Assembly: GCA_002633005.1 (NCBI GenBank)
Contig: NMRA01000281.1
Span: 79,123-143,122, forward strand
Reading direction: 5' to 3'
DNA length: 64,000 bases
Source of the DNA: Phoronis australis
Lineage: Eukaryota > Animalia > Phoronida
The position numbers and the translations under genes are program-made. Numbering within the stretch: the stretch's first letter is position 1; the number at the start of each line of letters is the position of its first letter. The notes beneath the pieces were generated by a model. It had not been told where the DNA came from. It worked only from the letters and a program-made list of their open reading frames with translations, and ran no database searches. Below, one piece after another: positions 1 through 13,995 of the stretch.

Positions 1-1649
1 TTCTCTAGGCTATTCATCTCCTGTCAGAGCAGAAAAATGCGGTCTTCAAGAGTATTTTTAGCCACGGGAATCAGCAATTCTCAGCGACGGCGGAAGCTCC
101 ACTTCTGCCAGAAATCACGGCTAGCTGCCATTTTTAAGCCAAGGCCACACTGCCTTGCGCAGTACCTGAAACTGATGTCATCATAACCGTTGGCTCAGCT
201 GAAAGTATGCCCTCGTGGAAGTTGTCCCAAAAGTTGAAGCATGGGCCATGAAATATCAGAGAACAGTTATTGTATTTGATGTTTATTTAACATTCAGCCT
301 GAAATCAGAAAAACTTAGAAACGTGAACATGGAGCCAGACGCGGGTCACAGGCTCTGGCAAAGTGCAACTAAACTGGCGCAGCTTCCTCTGTCATTCTGC
401 CAACAAAATTGAACTGTTTGAATTTCTTGCTAAGATAGTAGTGGAGCTGCTCGCGGAATACCATGCCGTCATCACTAAAGATCCTGATCTCCTCAGTAGC
501 CAACCCAAGACGAGTCTGAGTAGGATTACTCCTTGCAGTCATGAGAAAGCAGACACAAGAATCTCCTTACATGCCAGTCATGCTGTGAAGGAGGGCATGC
601 AAAAATATCATGATAAATGCCAATGGCACAGGTGTTCTCGTGGTCGCTGTCAGTTCCTTCAAATAACTGCAAGAACCAGGACGTCGGGAATTATGGTTTA
701 CTTTGGTCAAGGCGGCAACCCCAAGTGGATTCCAGTACATGGGTTTGTTTTGACTCGTGCTCCAGAAAAGAACCGCGTGATGCTGTCCTTTCACTCCTTC
801 AGGGGCTGAAATATCGTTTCGTCATGAATAGCAAAGGGGAAGAAGTCAGGATGGCAGACATAAGATGTGTATCCTAAATTTCCAGGGATGTTAAGCTAGT
901 TGAGTTGCTATCCTGTGACCCTTGAAGTCCTTGACACGAAGTTGTCATTGTGATGTATGACCGGTCTAACTCGGCTGAAGCAGTTGACGATGCACGGCTA
1001 GAACTTTTTGCAAGGAAGCAAATGATGCGTGAAGCCATGCCTCTTGAACTTCTGCAGCCCTTGTTTTTTGGCGCATCAAGTATGCATCTTATCAAGCGCA
1101 GTGTATATGGAGCCAAGCCCTGGTTCGTCAGCCCAGTGCGGAGAGTCCCGCATATTGGGGATCGAATCAAGAAGAAGACAACTGGACAGACATCTGGTCT
1201 GCATTTTCCCCAGTAGCTTGGATTTGCCAACAGCTCACTAAGTGTCAGTGCAATACAGTGACGCGGAAGATGCAAGTGTTTAAGTCCAGCTTGAGATGCA
1301 CAGCTTTGTGTAGCTCCGCGCTCACTGAATGAAACATTCATTACTAAACCGAATTACTGCTGTTGCAAAACCAGTTAAAACTTGTAAAATAGTTGTGTAT
1401 GCTCGGTAAAATAACATTCGCAGCTTCTTCTAGTTGCCAAAATCATATTGTTAAATGTACAAAACGATGTTTAGGTCTAGGTCGAGGGACATCTACAAAA
1501 TAAAAAACCAAGTCACCGATGGCAGCAATCTTGAAAAATGGCTGCCATTTTGATTTTTCAGGTGGCTAACGTGCTTTTTGAAATCTATGCGTGCCAAATT
1601 TGGTGCTTGTATCATAATTTGAACGATTTTTCGATTATTTGTTCCACTA
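1..1649 (+). mobile_element. 3' part of a decayed Academ (AcademX-like) DNA transposon
   Basis: Frameshifted fragments NWRSFLCHSANKIELFEFLA, PCSHEKADTRISLHA (XPG/PIN-like EAD motif), VDDARLELFARK, and a C-terminal Cys cluster near 1225-1320. The right end reads ...ttgttccacta, matching TAG...CTA Academ-type termini. Confidence 0.7.
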
Positions 1650-1861
1650 TTGCAAACAAAATTTGAAAAGTCTAAAAACCCGTAGAAGAAGAAGCATTAT
1701 GACGGAATACACTCCTTGACCAGTTTCTGGTCATTCTGGTGCATTTTGAGTCAAAACATTATAATCAGAAAAAATCCCTAGATTATCGTATCAAACGCAA
1801 TAAATATGATTGTTGTTAGCGTATCGATGTAAGAGTCACAACAATGTGAAAGGGAAGGAAA

Positions 1862-1920
1862 AAGAATAAGAAAAAGATAAAGAGTAATAATAAGAATAAG
1901 AATAAGATAAAGATAAAATA
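1862..1920. repeat. Degenerate (AATAAG)n/(GATAAA)n microsatellite
   Basis: Visible hexamer reiteration. Confidence 0.75.
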
Positions 1921-2839
1921 CCCATGTACGTAGAACAGTAAAACTGTGCGCAAACACGCGCAGAGTAACAAGCCAATGTTTACATACCTTGCTCTCTAGG
2001 AACACCTCAGATAATATAACAAATAAATGACGCACACAGACTCTAATAATACATTTATGCCAGCGATCGCTACGTGAATGTTGCAAGGTTGTTTGGACAC
2101 AGAAACTCGAAATTTTCATGTAATTAGCTTTCATCCAAATAGGATCTACATGTAAGTTTCACTGCGATTATAGTGGTGTTAGGGTTTCGATATCAGAGTC
2201 TTTGGCGGCAGAAGTGAATGCTTTCCCCAAACAAGTGAGGAAATATCTCATTTTTGTAGTTAAAGTCTTCTTAATGTTGGAAATTGTCATGTGCACCCCT
2301 ACGTAATTATATTCTGCATTCACAAGGGTACTGTTCACTTAGACTCAACTACAAATTTGCTTTTGCATTACTTCTGCAGGAAGTGCAAGTTTGTTCCTGT
2401 AGTAATTTTTTGTGCTCGTGTATTTGCGTTGACATGCCAAATAAAATGCAAAGAAAAATGCTTAGTACAATTCATTTACATACGTGTAAATGAGTCCTTG
2501 TCAACGGGCTTTAATATTCACGCGTAAATTTACCGTTGCATCACCTCTGAAGGTAATACAAGTTTCATCCTAAAGTAAATTTTTGCACGCGTTTATTTGG
2601 TGTCGCAAGATAAATATAATGCACAACTCGTGTACTTACGTGCAAACGAGTCCTTGTGAACGGACCTTTAGAGTAGTGCCGTAGTTCAACAGACAGAGTC
2701 CTAAACTGAAAACAAATAAAACGTTGTGAATGAAATTCCAGAACAAGGAATTAAAAGCTTTCTCAAAGTGTGCCAATACAAGCACCGCTGGAATGGTACG
2801 ACTGTCTGTGTAATGCGTAAATTCACCTAAGTATTATCC

Positions 2840-3580
2840 TTATGAAACCTGCCCGAGTCAATGAGACAATGACACGAACATCATAATCGATAATAGTTTC
2901 ATTGTAAGATTTCTTGAGCAAGGAACTATTTCTCCAGTTCTCCAGGTACAGGTATTCTATAGGTTTATTCCCAGGAGGAGTGCTAGCATTAACACCTTGG
3001 TTTTGGCTTGCCAGTTGGGACCCGAGTAGATCTCTGTAATCAAACGATCTGATGAGCAAGATCCATAGGCATCTCCCACAATGTTAAAGAATTCTATTGA
3101 GAATCTATCAGCATAACCCGCGTCAAAAATTGTTATGGGATCTCCCAGAAAAACATTGTGATGGAAGTTAAATTTGTAAGATGATATAAACTTTAAAGAT
3201 GTTTCATCACCTGAGAAGATTAACATCTCATAAAAATTCGTCTGTGGAGTCATACTGGAGTCTGTATAAAGCTCAAACTGGTCAGTTGTAAACTCGATTT
3301 TCCGAGGTAAGTAATTTTGTTATATTTTTGTTGACGCAATGTAATTTTTTCCAAATTCAAAAACTATTTTGCGGAATTTTTGCCTTGCTCTACCCGTCTG
3401 CCTCTTGATCTGGTGATATGCCTTACATTATCGTATATCGATATGCTTCAAGCTGTTTTATCGAGTACTCATTCAGTTTTCTTTTCTAAATATTTATTTT
3501 TTTCTTTGACTGTTGAATTCTTCCTTATGCAAAAATGAATTCATTTCAATGTACTTCTCCATTCTTAATCCATTAGACAC
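2840..3580 (-). mobile_element. Decayed L1/Tx1-clade ORF2 fragment (endonuclease-RT linker to RT start)
   Basis: Minus strand encodes RSRGRRVEQGKNSAK*FLNLEK (cf. RSRxxWxExGEKxxKYFLNLEK) and STPPGNKPIEYLY..W...SYNE...RAGFIRII (cf. SPGPDGxPxEFYK.FW...GIITLIPK); many stops. Confidence 0.7.
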
Positions 3581-4380
3581 ACTAAAATGATAATTTTTGC
3601 CCACTTTTTATGCGGGGCCGAAATTTACACAGCTCTTTAGAAGAGAGGAAGACGTATGTCGGTTTTTAAATGAACAAGGCTTTTTCATGTATATTTTTTG
3701 TTTTGGGATTTGCGTTTGTTTTGATTTCCGCTTGGTTATGAAGTGTTCAGGTGTATAGAGTCATTATTGGGGTTCAGTCAATGTAAGGCCAAAAAGTTCG
3801 TTGTGGTGTTTTTTGAAAATATATAGTAATCGTTAAGTGTGGTATTTTTGTTGCTCAATTTCTGGAAGAAGGAAATCGGCAAAAATGAAGAGGGGTATTT
3901 TTGCTCAATTCTTAAATGTTAGTCGGGGATGGGGCTGGTGGCACTCGTGTTGGTGTTCATAAAACCCTTTTTATCTCCAATGGGACAGTAAACGTGGAAA
4001 TGGTGTCACAATGCAGCATGTTGCCAAACAAAAGTATTCACTAACAGAAAGTTTTTTTTACCCTCAGAATAGAGTTTTGGAGTAAATACTGCGTCATCCC
4101 GCGACTGCCGCCCGGAAATGGTTTTCTTGAATGCAACGCAGACGATCCACAGTTCAATATTTCACACGAATGATAATTCAACAAATTAACTGTCCACAGG
4201 TAAAGTCGGAACTACGCGCACTTGAAATCCGTCACATGTTTCGGTCACGGTATACCCCTTCACTCAGTACTACTTTCAGTAATATGACAACGTTGCAATG
4301 ATGCATATAGTCAGTAATGGTATTTGTTACATGTACAGGGGGTGTACTACCATATATGAACGGAATGCTCTGATCCTTGC

Positions 4381-4416
4381 ATCAAGATTCCAGAATTAAA
4401 ATTCTGGAATCTTGAT
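4381..4416. repeat. Perfect palindrome, 17-bp arms with a 2-nt loop
   Basis: atcaagattccagaatt-aa-aattctggaatcttgat; outer short inverted pair tgaacggaa/ttccgttca. Confidence 0.9.
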
Positions 4417-5379
4417 TTTTTTCCGTTCACCAAAATCTCTTTCGCATCGTTTATGTGCCTCGACATCGCACACTTTTGGGTCATAACATTGTTTTCCAAT
4501 CACGATATGTCACTCACTGAGTCACCGGGTGAGTGGATGCGTGACCGTAGTGTAACAGCTATTTTCCGGAAGATTCGGGGTGAAAGGGTGCGAATGTGTT
4601 CACTATCAGTGGGTCATTTTGACTTTAAAAACACCAATTATGATTAGCTAAATAATTTCTCTTAAAAATAATACAAAATTTTTTTACGGTATTAGAAACT
4701 TTCGGTAACTAGTGCCAATATTTATTTCTTGCCGATGCTATGTTACCCGTTTCATGAATAGATAGTTCCCGACTATATGTCTTCGATGACAGCCGGTACA
4801 TTATGCAGCGCGCGCTTCTTGGCCGCGTGCTAACACTGGTCGAGTGTTTTTATTAGTCTTCGGTTCACGGTTTTCACGTGTACAAAGAAGTTTGGATTCC
4901 TGTTGAGGCCGGTGAAGATCTGTACCGGAAAGAAACAATGCAATCCCGCTGACAAGTACGCTGCGTCTGTTTTCAAAGTCCAGACCCGCGTAATGGGGCA
5001 CATCCCTCGCAAGAGCAACAAAACTTTTGCGTTCTTTTTGCATCGCCGCGAAAGTTTGAAGTGTATTCGGACATAACGGTGAGGCTCGTGGTCTACACAT
5101 TCAGGACAGTCGGATCTTTCAATTGACAAATTGTAGACGTTAGAACTGTTGGTAAGGCATTTTTCGCATGTAGTTCAAGTGCTGGACGCTTACTTTAGCA
5201 AAGTCTGAAAACGCGTTGGGGCACATTTTGGGGCGAGCGCTTATTATGGCGAATAGCGGCAGAATTACATACAGCAGCGTAGTTTGATACACACAAATCA
5301 TACGTCGTGCAAACCAATCGGCCATTCCATACACAGGCGCTTGGGTTTATCGCAAATGACGTCACTCATAATATATAAG

Positions 5380-6404
5380 AAAACATAAAGGTTGGACACT
5401 CGAAAACTGTTTGCTCAGAATTTTCTACTCAAATGTGCATGGAACTCCACGAAACTAGCATCGAACAACTCTTTGAATACTTTCTTTCATTCGATCTCTT
5501 CAAATTGCCTTCAAGTGGTAATTTGGCGACAAAAATGCCAAAAGAATGCCAAAATCAAAAATTCAAGGACCTAATTCCGTGATGTCATGGCAGACGGTCT
5601 TCGCACATCCGGGTTTTGACAGACGCTCCCGAGCTAAATCCGAAAGTCTTTCCGCGCAGCTTTCGCCTTCAATCCATCGACTACTTGATCATGAGAAGCA
5701 GAGAGCACTTTATTGCCAAATAAATGTAATTACTCACATATTTGTGTCAAATATAAATTATCCTGATACTGTATTGATATGCGCAGTTTTTTGTGTACTG
5801 TGATTTCTTATGAAGGTTTTACTTTTGGCCAAAACAATTGAGTTAACTCGTCGGCCACACGCATTGTAATACTTGCACGGACTGCGTTTCCTGGCCGAAT
5901 GTGTGTTGTGCTTCAATCAAAAAAGTGTTGATGTCAAGATGAGAAACAAGATACGCCAGTTTATGTAATAAAATTCTAAGTTAAGGCCGGCTAAAATGAG
6001 CCGTCAGTGGAATAAAGTTACAAATAATCATTAAAATACTAACTTTAACATTTTCAATTAGTTGAGTTTTGGATTAGAATTATTGAATTTGAAATATAGG
6101 TTGCCTGCTCAAACTCGAAGTTTCACCTACGACAGGCGTACAGTTGTACAAGTTGAAGCACAACTGAAATCCGCCATGTTTACTATTTCAGGTCCTTGAA
6201 TTCAGAGTTTTGAGATTGTTTTAGAAATTCCATCGCCAATTCACCTCTCACGAATACAGTTAATGGGATCTAGGAAAGATAAGGCTTCGAAGGTTTATGC
6301 AACACCAGACTGAGGGAGGTGCACGCAGATTTTATTTGGATTTTGGACGGTTGAAGTTGGGAGCCTCGGCTTGGCAAAGTTTAAGTGTCCAACCTTTATG
6401 TTTT
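5380..6404. mobile_element. Non-autonomous TIR element (~1 kb)
   Basis: 21-bp perfect inverted repeats aaaacataaaggttggacact (5380-5400) and agtgtccaacctttatgtttt (6384-6404). The TSD cannot be checked because an N follows at 6405. Confidence 0.65.
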
Positions 6405-8785
6405 NCGAGACCTCGTCTTTTCTGCAATATGGGAAGGGAATAAACAAGACCAGGAATAGGAAATTTGAAAGAAGGATTACTTTATGAGCTTATAGTGGCA
6501 CAGAATGAATGCCTGCGACCGCACAACTGTAAACGCTTCTCTTCCAACCATTTGACAACAGAAGTCGTCTGTAGAATGGGATGTGTCACTAGTTCGGACG
6601 CAACGAAAAGTAGACTTCAAATTAACTTAAGTGAGTTTCCACGTTTGAAAGTGCGCTTTAACGGTTTTTGAAAATTAATCGAGAAGCAAAACGCTCCGGG
6701 TGAACGCATTGGCGTAGCCGGTGCAGTCCGTATAGGGCGGCACTGCGAGGGAGTTGCCTCACTGTCGCACCGGGGGGTTTCTTGCGAATTCCATTTTCCA
6801 ATTAATGAGACGATTTTGGTCGAGTTAATATATTTAACTTGTCCTGAAACAAGTTTCGAACTTTTAGTCGATTTTTATAAACTTAACAGAAATCATTTAT
6901 ATAATAATGTGACTTCCACAGACCCGTGCCTGTTCTACGAATTTCTGTTACACCTGAGACCCAAGAAATGGTCCACCGATCAACGTCGAGTCAATGTAAA
7001 TTGGCTCCAGGGTAGTGTACATGTAAAGAAGTCAATATACGTTAGAGATGACGTTTGGCACGTGATACGACAATGGTTAAGTATGCATACTGCGTTTATA
7101 GGGCAAAGCACGTTCAAAGTTTATTGATTGGGGCGTCTTTCAGTGAAGAAATAAAAAATGACAAGCCCTTCCCACCACAGCTCTGTTTTTCCTTTTCTTG
7201 TGTATGTCTTTCTCGTTTTGGGGGGTGTCTCCCCATCCCCGAGCTCCAAATTGCCGCTTATCCAGACTCGAGCACTGCATGCTTTCCAAGTACCTGGTGC
7301 TCTGATAAAGTCAACACTTAAATCTTAGTCGAATGATTGTGCAGTAAGTGGGCGCGCTTGTGATGAATAGATCGCTTATCTCGGTACTTAGGTCATTAGC
7401 AAACGCATTACAACTCAGTCTCGTCTTCCGTTGCAACTGAATCTGTTGGCTCAGGTGTTCAGTATGCGCAAGAGGACGCGACACGCATTTCAGTTTCCTG
7501 CACAAACACTAGGTGGTCAGACAATATATCAGGGGACTGGATTCATTTCTGCATTTCATGACCTTCCATTATTTCTTTGAGAAATGAAATTTGTCCAGGG
7601 CCCTGGATCTAATCTTTTTACTCGAAACAAAACTCGGTATTATGTTTGGCATCTTCTATTCTACTTTTGTGTAAACTCAAGATAAGTGTTCTAGGCTGGA
7701 ATACTGTACATGTAATGTAATGGCTTGCGTGAACCACTATCTAATTCTAGTTTGCACTTGATGACCCCAGAATTAAGGCTTAAAGCTTGAGTCTGTCGCT
7801 CAAATGTAGGCGTCATCACCATAATGCACTCGACCACACGCTAATAGAAACGTATCTTGAGTTCGGACAAAAGTAGAACAAAAAATGTCGAAACTAAATT
7901 AGAATTGATATTTAATTTCGAGTACAAAGGCGACATTGACGCCATCCCCAAGTCGTTGCTTTGTCATTTTTTTGTTTCTTTGTTCATCACAGGCCCTTTT
8001 TTCATCCTATAAATTAAACCTGGAATTCACCATACGCAATATGTGTCTCGTAAATGGCTCGAAACCTATTGTTTTCGGTTGAAATTGAAAGTAAGATGGC
8101 GCTATGGTCGCCATTTTCAATTTTTATGTTTGCGGATCCCAATCTCCGCTGTCATGCCCTCCATTTTTGGCTCTGTATTAAAGTTCACGCGATTTTCGAG
8201 ATTTCTGGTCTGATAGGTGACCTTTTATTAACTATGCTTCGCTGCACGGGCGTGGTACAGGTCGCATTTCTTATCACATCAATATAAAATCCATATACAG
8301 CATGCTTCTTGCTGTAAGACGAAGCATATTGTTTTCGGATGAAATGAGACACAAGATGGCTCAATGTTTCGGTTTGGGAGCCGTAGCTCCAATGTCTGTG
8401 AAAGCTTTTTATGAAATTTGGCATGCAGATAAATCTTTTGAAGACATACATGTACTGGCTGCGTTGGATTCGTATTCCTCCGTAACCTGCCGTTCTTCAG
8501 CCATTCATGATTATCCGATGGCTAATTATTGTTTCGTTCCAAGTCTGCTAGCGCTCCTCTATGGATGTTTTTTAAATTTGGTATGTGTGTGTAGACCTTG
8601 TCAAGTGCTGTCTGAGGTACGTGAACATGCATGTATGCCATCCGTTTCTTGCTCCGAGTTACCGTTCTCCAGTTGTTCGCGATCTATTGGTCGGAAAACC
8701 TTTTCATTGACCTAAAGACGTTGCACTTTTGTTGGTCGGTATCTTACACTCGTGCTATTGATCGACATGCAACGCACTCACATCG

Positions 8786-9019
8786 CATGGGCGCACCCAG
8801 GGGGTGAACGAGCCCCCCACCCCCCCATTTGACAAATTAGACAAAAAGGTCAATGAAACAAAAAGTTCACAAAGGCGACAGGAATTCGGCGCAGATGCAC
8901 AATTCGTAGGTCAGAACTTAGTGGCCCCGTTTTTTTAGTCCTCGTTGATATTTTTCAGTAGAAGGTCCGCGTAGCAAAAAAATCGAGTCCCCCTATACTT
9001 AAGGCTGGGTGCGCGCATG
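8786..9019. mobile_element. MITE with 5-bp TSD (hAT5-like)
   Basis: TIRs catgggcgcacccag / ctgggtgcgcgcatg; catcg flanks both ends. Confidence 0.75.
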
Positions 9020-9276
9020 CATCGTGTATCTCTTCAAACTTCGAGTCCTATAGTTTTGTGACGAGAACGATACAAGGTTGTCCTACTATATACATGCAGC
9101 CTTTTGAAATAATACCTTTCAGACCTCTATCCTCGGAAATATTATGTGTACTGTGTGATGGATTTCTCGCTAAGTGATTAGCCATTCTCAAATTAATCGA
9201 GATTTTCTGAGTTGGTGACTGTCATTTTACTAACTGGTTCCCTCAGACAGTATTTTGTTTGTTTGACGATGGCGCC

Positions 9277-9349
9277 ATGGGTGGCAAGGCCGTGGTCTTT
9301 GCTGTTCTTGGTTTCGTCGTCCTCACTTTTAAAGTCCTTATCTCAAATG
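9277..9349 (+). CDS. Candidate first coding exon encoding a signal peptide (MGGKAVVFAVLGFVVLTFKVLISN-G)
   Basis: GCCATGG Kozak context; Lys followed by a hydrophobic core; phase-1 donor G|gttagg; upstream acceptor ccctcag ending at 9246. No downstream exons identified. Confidence 0.35.
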
Positions 9350-11632
9350 GTTAGGTTAGTTAAAGAAATTAAAATATACACCAGGTTAAGTAATATGTAA
9401 CATGGTATAATGTTTAGTTCTTTTCTGTTATCAAACTAAAAGCCTTTTAAGCACAATTTTGTACTTCGACCGAGATCAGAAAATGGTCTACTATTCCCGT
9501 GGCGATCTATTTGCTTGACCTGAGTGACAGTCAAGCTGTCCTTAAAAATGTATTGATATCACGGGGAGCGTTAAAGCGTTGCCATTTTGTTTGGCTGTTT
9601 TTGATTCTCAGTTTGGTTCTTGTTATACAAATTTGATTATCAATTGTCCAAATTTTATCTGTTCTTTGCGTACGACGGGTGGTATTTAATGCAATCAAAA
9701 GTTTAACTTGTGGATACGTCGCATCTTCAGCAGCCAACAATACTGAGGTGCCCCAACTCATTGCGAGGCTACGTCACGTTTCCTGAAATGTAAAGTAATG
9801 AATTAGAGGAAAACCTTTACAGATCGGCAGACGTCTTTGTCGTGAAACTCGTGTAAAGTTAACAGCAATTGCTGTGTGACTACCGACCGCTCATGTAACC
9901 TGGCAGGCTTTACAATCCGTTAAAAATGTAAAGTGGAAACAAAAAAAACATCCACATACGGCGATGCTTCAACAAACAAAAGCATTTTTATTTCAAAACA
10001 GTGCGCTCCTCACCTGAATTACAAAAACGCGCACCTGTGCTTGATTTTTGCTGCCTGGAAACGACAACCGGCAATTAAATTTCCCAGGAAGATGACATGT
10101 GTAACTTCGCCGCGAAAATAAATTGACATTAATTTTCAATTACTAGACAAAATATGTTTTAAAATGTGACGAATTTTGCAATTGACACCTATGTTGTCGA
10201 AAAATTAAAAATTCTGCGATTGCAAACGCAAACTATGGGCTGAATGTCAACGATTGGAAAAATTGTTAGGAGCGTATTCACTATCAAATAGTTGGGTGAT
10301 ATAATTAGTAGTACTCTTTATGCTTTATATTCCAAAACTTTGTTGGCAATTAATTGCTTGTAAAGTATTCCACTTTTGCATGAGAGGTCGTTAAACATAG
10401 GACTTTCCTGATAAAAATTTTATGAAAATATTCAGATGTTTCTTCAAACGAAAACGTTGTGTCAATTTAGAAAAGTACAGTAGTGCTTTTGAGATTTTAA
10501 TCTGGAACATTTATTTCAAACGGAATTTAGTCATGATATTGATGTGGTTGTTTGGCGATTAATGTACCACTCTCATTAATGTAACCATTCTTTTCGCTAA
10601 ATTTCACTAAAATGACATGGTCCAGCGCCAGAAATTTGTAACATGCACTACTGCGCATGCGCTAAATCTTGCCAGCAGCCCTCCACAAGAAATACACAAG
10701 AACAGGCTATAATCAGGAATTTATAAGTGAGGGGAGATAACTACACAATTTGCCGATAGCCTGTGGCATAGAGTGTAATATGTTAAGATTTGTTACTGCC
10801 AAATATTAGCGTCATTGGTGAAAATTTTTCCACGTCTCTTGAGGTTTGAAGTTTGTCCCATTCAGGCCTACATGTATGTTAACGATCTTCCGGAAGCCAA
10901 TATTTGAGCTCGTAGCTCATTTTGAAGTCAAGTTTGTGGCTGAATTCATTTTGCCATCGGATTTGCCGATAGCGTACGTGATTACCAGGAGTCAGTACTC
11001 AGAGGTTGCTGGTCCAAATTTCATGCTGTTTTTCGAAAATTTTTCCACGTCTCTTGTGTTCAGAAAATGGATCCACGTACAGTGCTGTGATGACGAAATG
11101 TTGCCGATCGCCCGGCTGTCTTGCAATGGAATTTGCCGACTCTGTATAGATGAGAGATTTGCTCAGAATCGGTAAGAAACTGTTATGTTAATTTTCTCAT
11201 CCGGTATGAGTTTAGAAATACTTTCGAAGTTTGAAAAAAGTCGGATTTTATACAGTTTTATGCAGGTTTTTAATTCGCCTGTGAGTATAGTTGATACTAG
11301 TTAACTTCAAAATGTTGTTTCGTTTTTTGTGATCCACAGAACGTTGTCCTTTCGTCTTAATTTAATACTGTTACATTGGAGTGGATTCCGGACACAAATA
11401 CGTATTGGCAAACTTCTGAAGATTAATAAAAAGCGCTTTGGCAGCCCGCTTAAGGCTCCAAGCACACGCCGGCTGGATGGGGTTCAATTCACTTTCGTTG
11501 TGCTTACATGTATGTGTAGGCCTCCAGAGCTGTGACCCCCAATGACCCAGCTAGCACTGTCATACTGTAGACTGGAATTCCAGAAATTCCAAACACTGTT
11601 ATTGTAAACTTGACAAGTATTGCTCTGCAGAC

Positions 11633-13393
11633 TATAGACCCTATTCACGCCGACAGGAGGCGCGTTCCAAAACGAGGCTCGCTACAATAGCTCTGTTAGC
11701 TTATCAGCATAGTTCTGTGTTTCAGACCGTGTTGTTCCGCGAACGGCTAGAAAAAATACGGACACGCAACTGTCTGCTTCACAATCTAGCTCTAAAGACG
11801 TTGAGATTCGGAAGCGTTGGGTCGTTGCCGCGACGAAGCAAAATATGTCCGTGTAAAATTTATAAATGTTGTCGAAAAGTTAGATCATATTTTGTCGCAT
11901 GGTCAGTAACGACCGGAGAATGGGCCAGCCAGGCTGTGTTTTCATGACTACGGATTTAGGGGGGGGGGGCATGGCCCCCCTAAAATTGTATCAGATCCCA
12001 TTTTTGAGTTCGGGTGCGAATTGCTGACTAGCACACGTGCGCAACGGAGGGTGAATAAACAACGCATAGGCGCTGAACGAACCCCGTTTACCAGGCGTTT
12101 TTTTTAGTCAACAGGTCCGCAAACCGAAGAATTCAAAATCCCTGCATCCCCAGAGTTTAGGCTGGGCGCGCACATCTGCCGAAATGCTGCTTATTCCTGT
12201 GCCCTGCCCCCCTAACTAAAAAACCTGGATCCGCCCCTGCGCCGGGCTACGGGTTGAAACATAATTTTTCTTTCCAAAAAGGACAGGGCCCTCAATCCCT
12301 CAAATTTGGGGCCCAATATCGGCCCTATTCCCCTCTCAAACATATTGAAATATCACGGAAAATTCCCCCCACGAGGCATAAAAATTCCCCTAGTGAAAAA
12401 TCTCTGAGTTCAAATCACCTGTAACCACACTGGTGACAATTTTTAAGAGCACAAAAGGCTACTTTAAATTGAGGCAGAGCCTATGAGAGCTTGCAACAGG
12501 GCGGGGGTGCTATTGATGGTGATCGGGAGGTAGATTGTTCCCGCCCTCACTCCGCGGCGAAAAAATCGCCTCTCAGTAGGCACTGGTACCGTTCCCCTCG
12601 GATGACAGAGGCTCCTGCAGAAACATGATAACTATGATTGCTGAGTTAACTGAAATTGAGTTCTAAAACGATGTTATGTTTTGGACGAACGAATTAGGTG
12701 TTTTAATTTTAAAATTCAACTTGGTCCAGATTGATATTTGAAATGTAACACATGAAATAGACGTAAGAATTATTACAACCAAGAAAGCATTGGTGGTCAA
12801 ATAAGTTTTATTTTCAATTACCAGCCGGGTTTTTTATTTTAATAAAAATATACTTAATAACATCAATTATTCTTTCAGACCAATGACAAATCAGTGAGTG
12901 CATAGGATCAGGCTATGCTTGATGTTAATATTCTTGATCAACAAATTAAACCACTGTGACCAATTGCACATGACAGACACCACTGTCGAATATGTCTTCA
13001 ACTCGTCAACTATACGAGCAGATGACCTGGTCCGCGTAGAAAGTATTTTGATCAACAATTTACAAGAAAAAACGTAACCCTGCATTCAGCATAATACCTA
13101 ATCCGTAACACTACGATCGCCGCAATTTGGACATATTTACTTTTCATGTTTCGAACCTAGCTTTCCGAAAAAAATTAAACCCTTTCGTCAGACAACTCTT
13201 TGGCGCCTTAACTTGTTCTCTAATGTAATTTTCTACGTCTCTGTGGTTAATTGTCGACACATCATTAAAATTTAATATCCAGGTTGGACTCGAAAGACCG
13301 GCTATATAACTCACGCAATGTCTACTTTCGCTTTGTTTATCGCAGTGAGCCTCGCTTTGGATCTTAATGGCCGCCGTGTGAATAGGGTCTATA
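11633..13393. mobile_element. Non-autonomous TIR element with (T)ATAGACCC...GGGTCTAT(A) ends and nested MITEs
   Basis: 16-bp perfect TIR tatagaccctattcac / gtgaatagggtctata, plus partly matching subterminal ccaaa.cgaggctc.ct. Confidence 0.7.
11946..12239. mobile_element. Nested G/C-tract MITE (cggattta...ggatccgcccctg family)
   Basis: Same end motifs as the 29899 and 53000 copies; includes a piece similar to the 8786 element. Confidence 0.55.
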
Positions 13394-13607
13394 CTGACTT
13401 CAGTCGGGCTCACGGTACTAGCGCCCAAGCTTCCTGACCTTAACATTATTGTGCGTTGTTATGATTGGTTAGGGACATGGCGCAAAGCGTCACCTAGCGG
13501 ATCAAGAATGTTACAAATTTCTGGCGTTGCACGAGACCCAGTTGTGTAGTTTGACATAGAATCAAAAATCAAATTATGCACGGTAATTACCAGTCAAACC
13601 TAAATAG

Positions 13608-13995
13608 CCTTAACGCTCAAGATGTTTACGCTCATCGTTTAACTCTCGTCGTCCTTCACCTCGTCGTCCTTCACCTCGTCGTCCTTCACCTCGTCGTCCT
13701 TCACCCCGTCGTTTTAGGCTCGTCGTTTAACGCTCGTCGTTCCACTCGTCGTTTTACGCTCGTCGTTTTACGCTCGTCGTGTTACGCGCAGTGTTTTACT
13801 CTCGTAGTTTTACGAGCGTGATAGACGAGCGTACACTGTAAATTACGAACGTGGTTTTACGGGCGTACATTTTTTCCGAGCACACGCCACCCGCAACCTA
13901 ATCTCTCAGTGGACATAACGATTGCGCTTGTAAAACAGGCATAAATAGTCTCTACGCCCATAATCCCATAATTTACGAGCGTAATTTACGGGCGA
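13608..13995. repeat. Array of 14-15 bp repeats (CTCGTCGTCCTTCAC / TTTTACGCTCGTCG) that flips orientation near 13810
   Basis: Tandem copies at 13645-13710; acgctcgt units change to acgagcgt units; probably the subterminal array of a foldback element. Confidence 0.75.

Noticed and set aside
4233-4267. Hammerhead-like motif on the minus strand (CUGAGUGA..GG..CC GAAAC AU GUG)
   Set aside because: The core has an extra nucleotide, the cleavage triplet would be GUG, and stem I does not pair. At most a dead Penelope-type relic.
13576-13821. ORF with (LVVLH)n repeats, and possible CRISPR-like array
   Set aside because: It is the translation of a 15-bp tandem repeat. There are no unique spacers and the context is eukaryotic.
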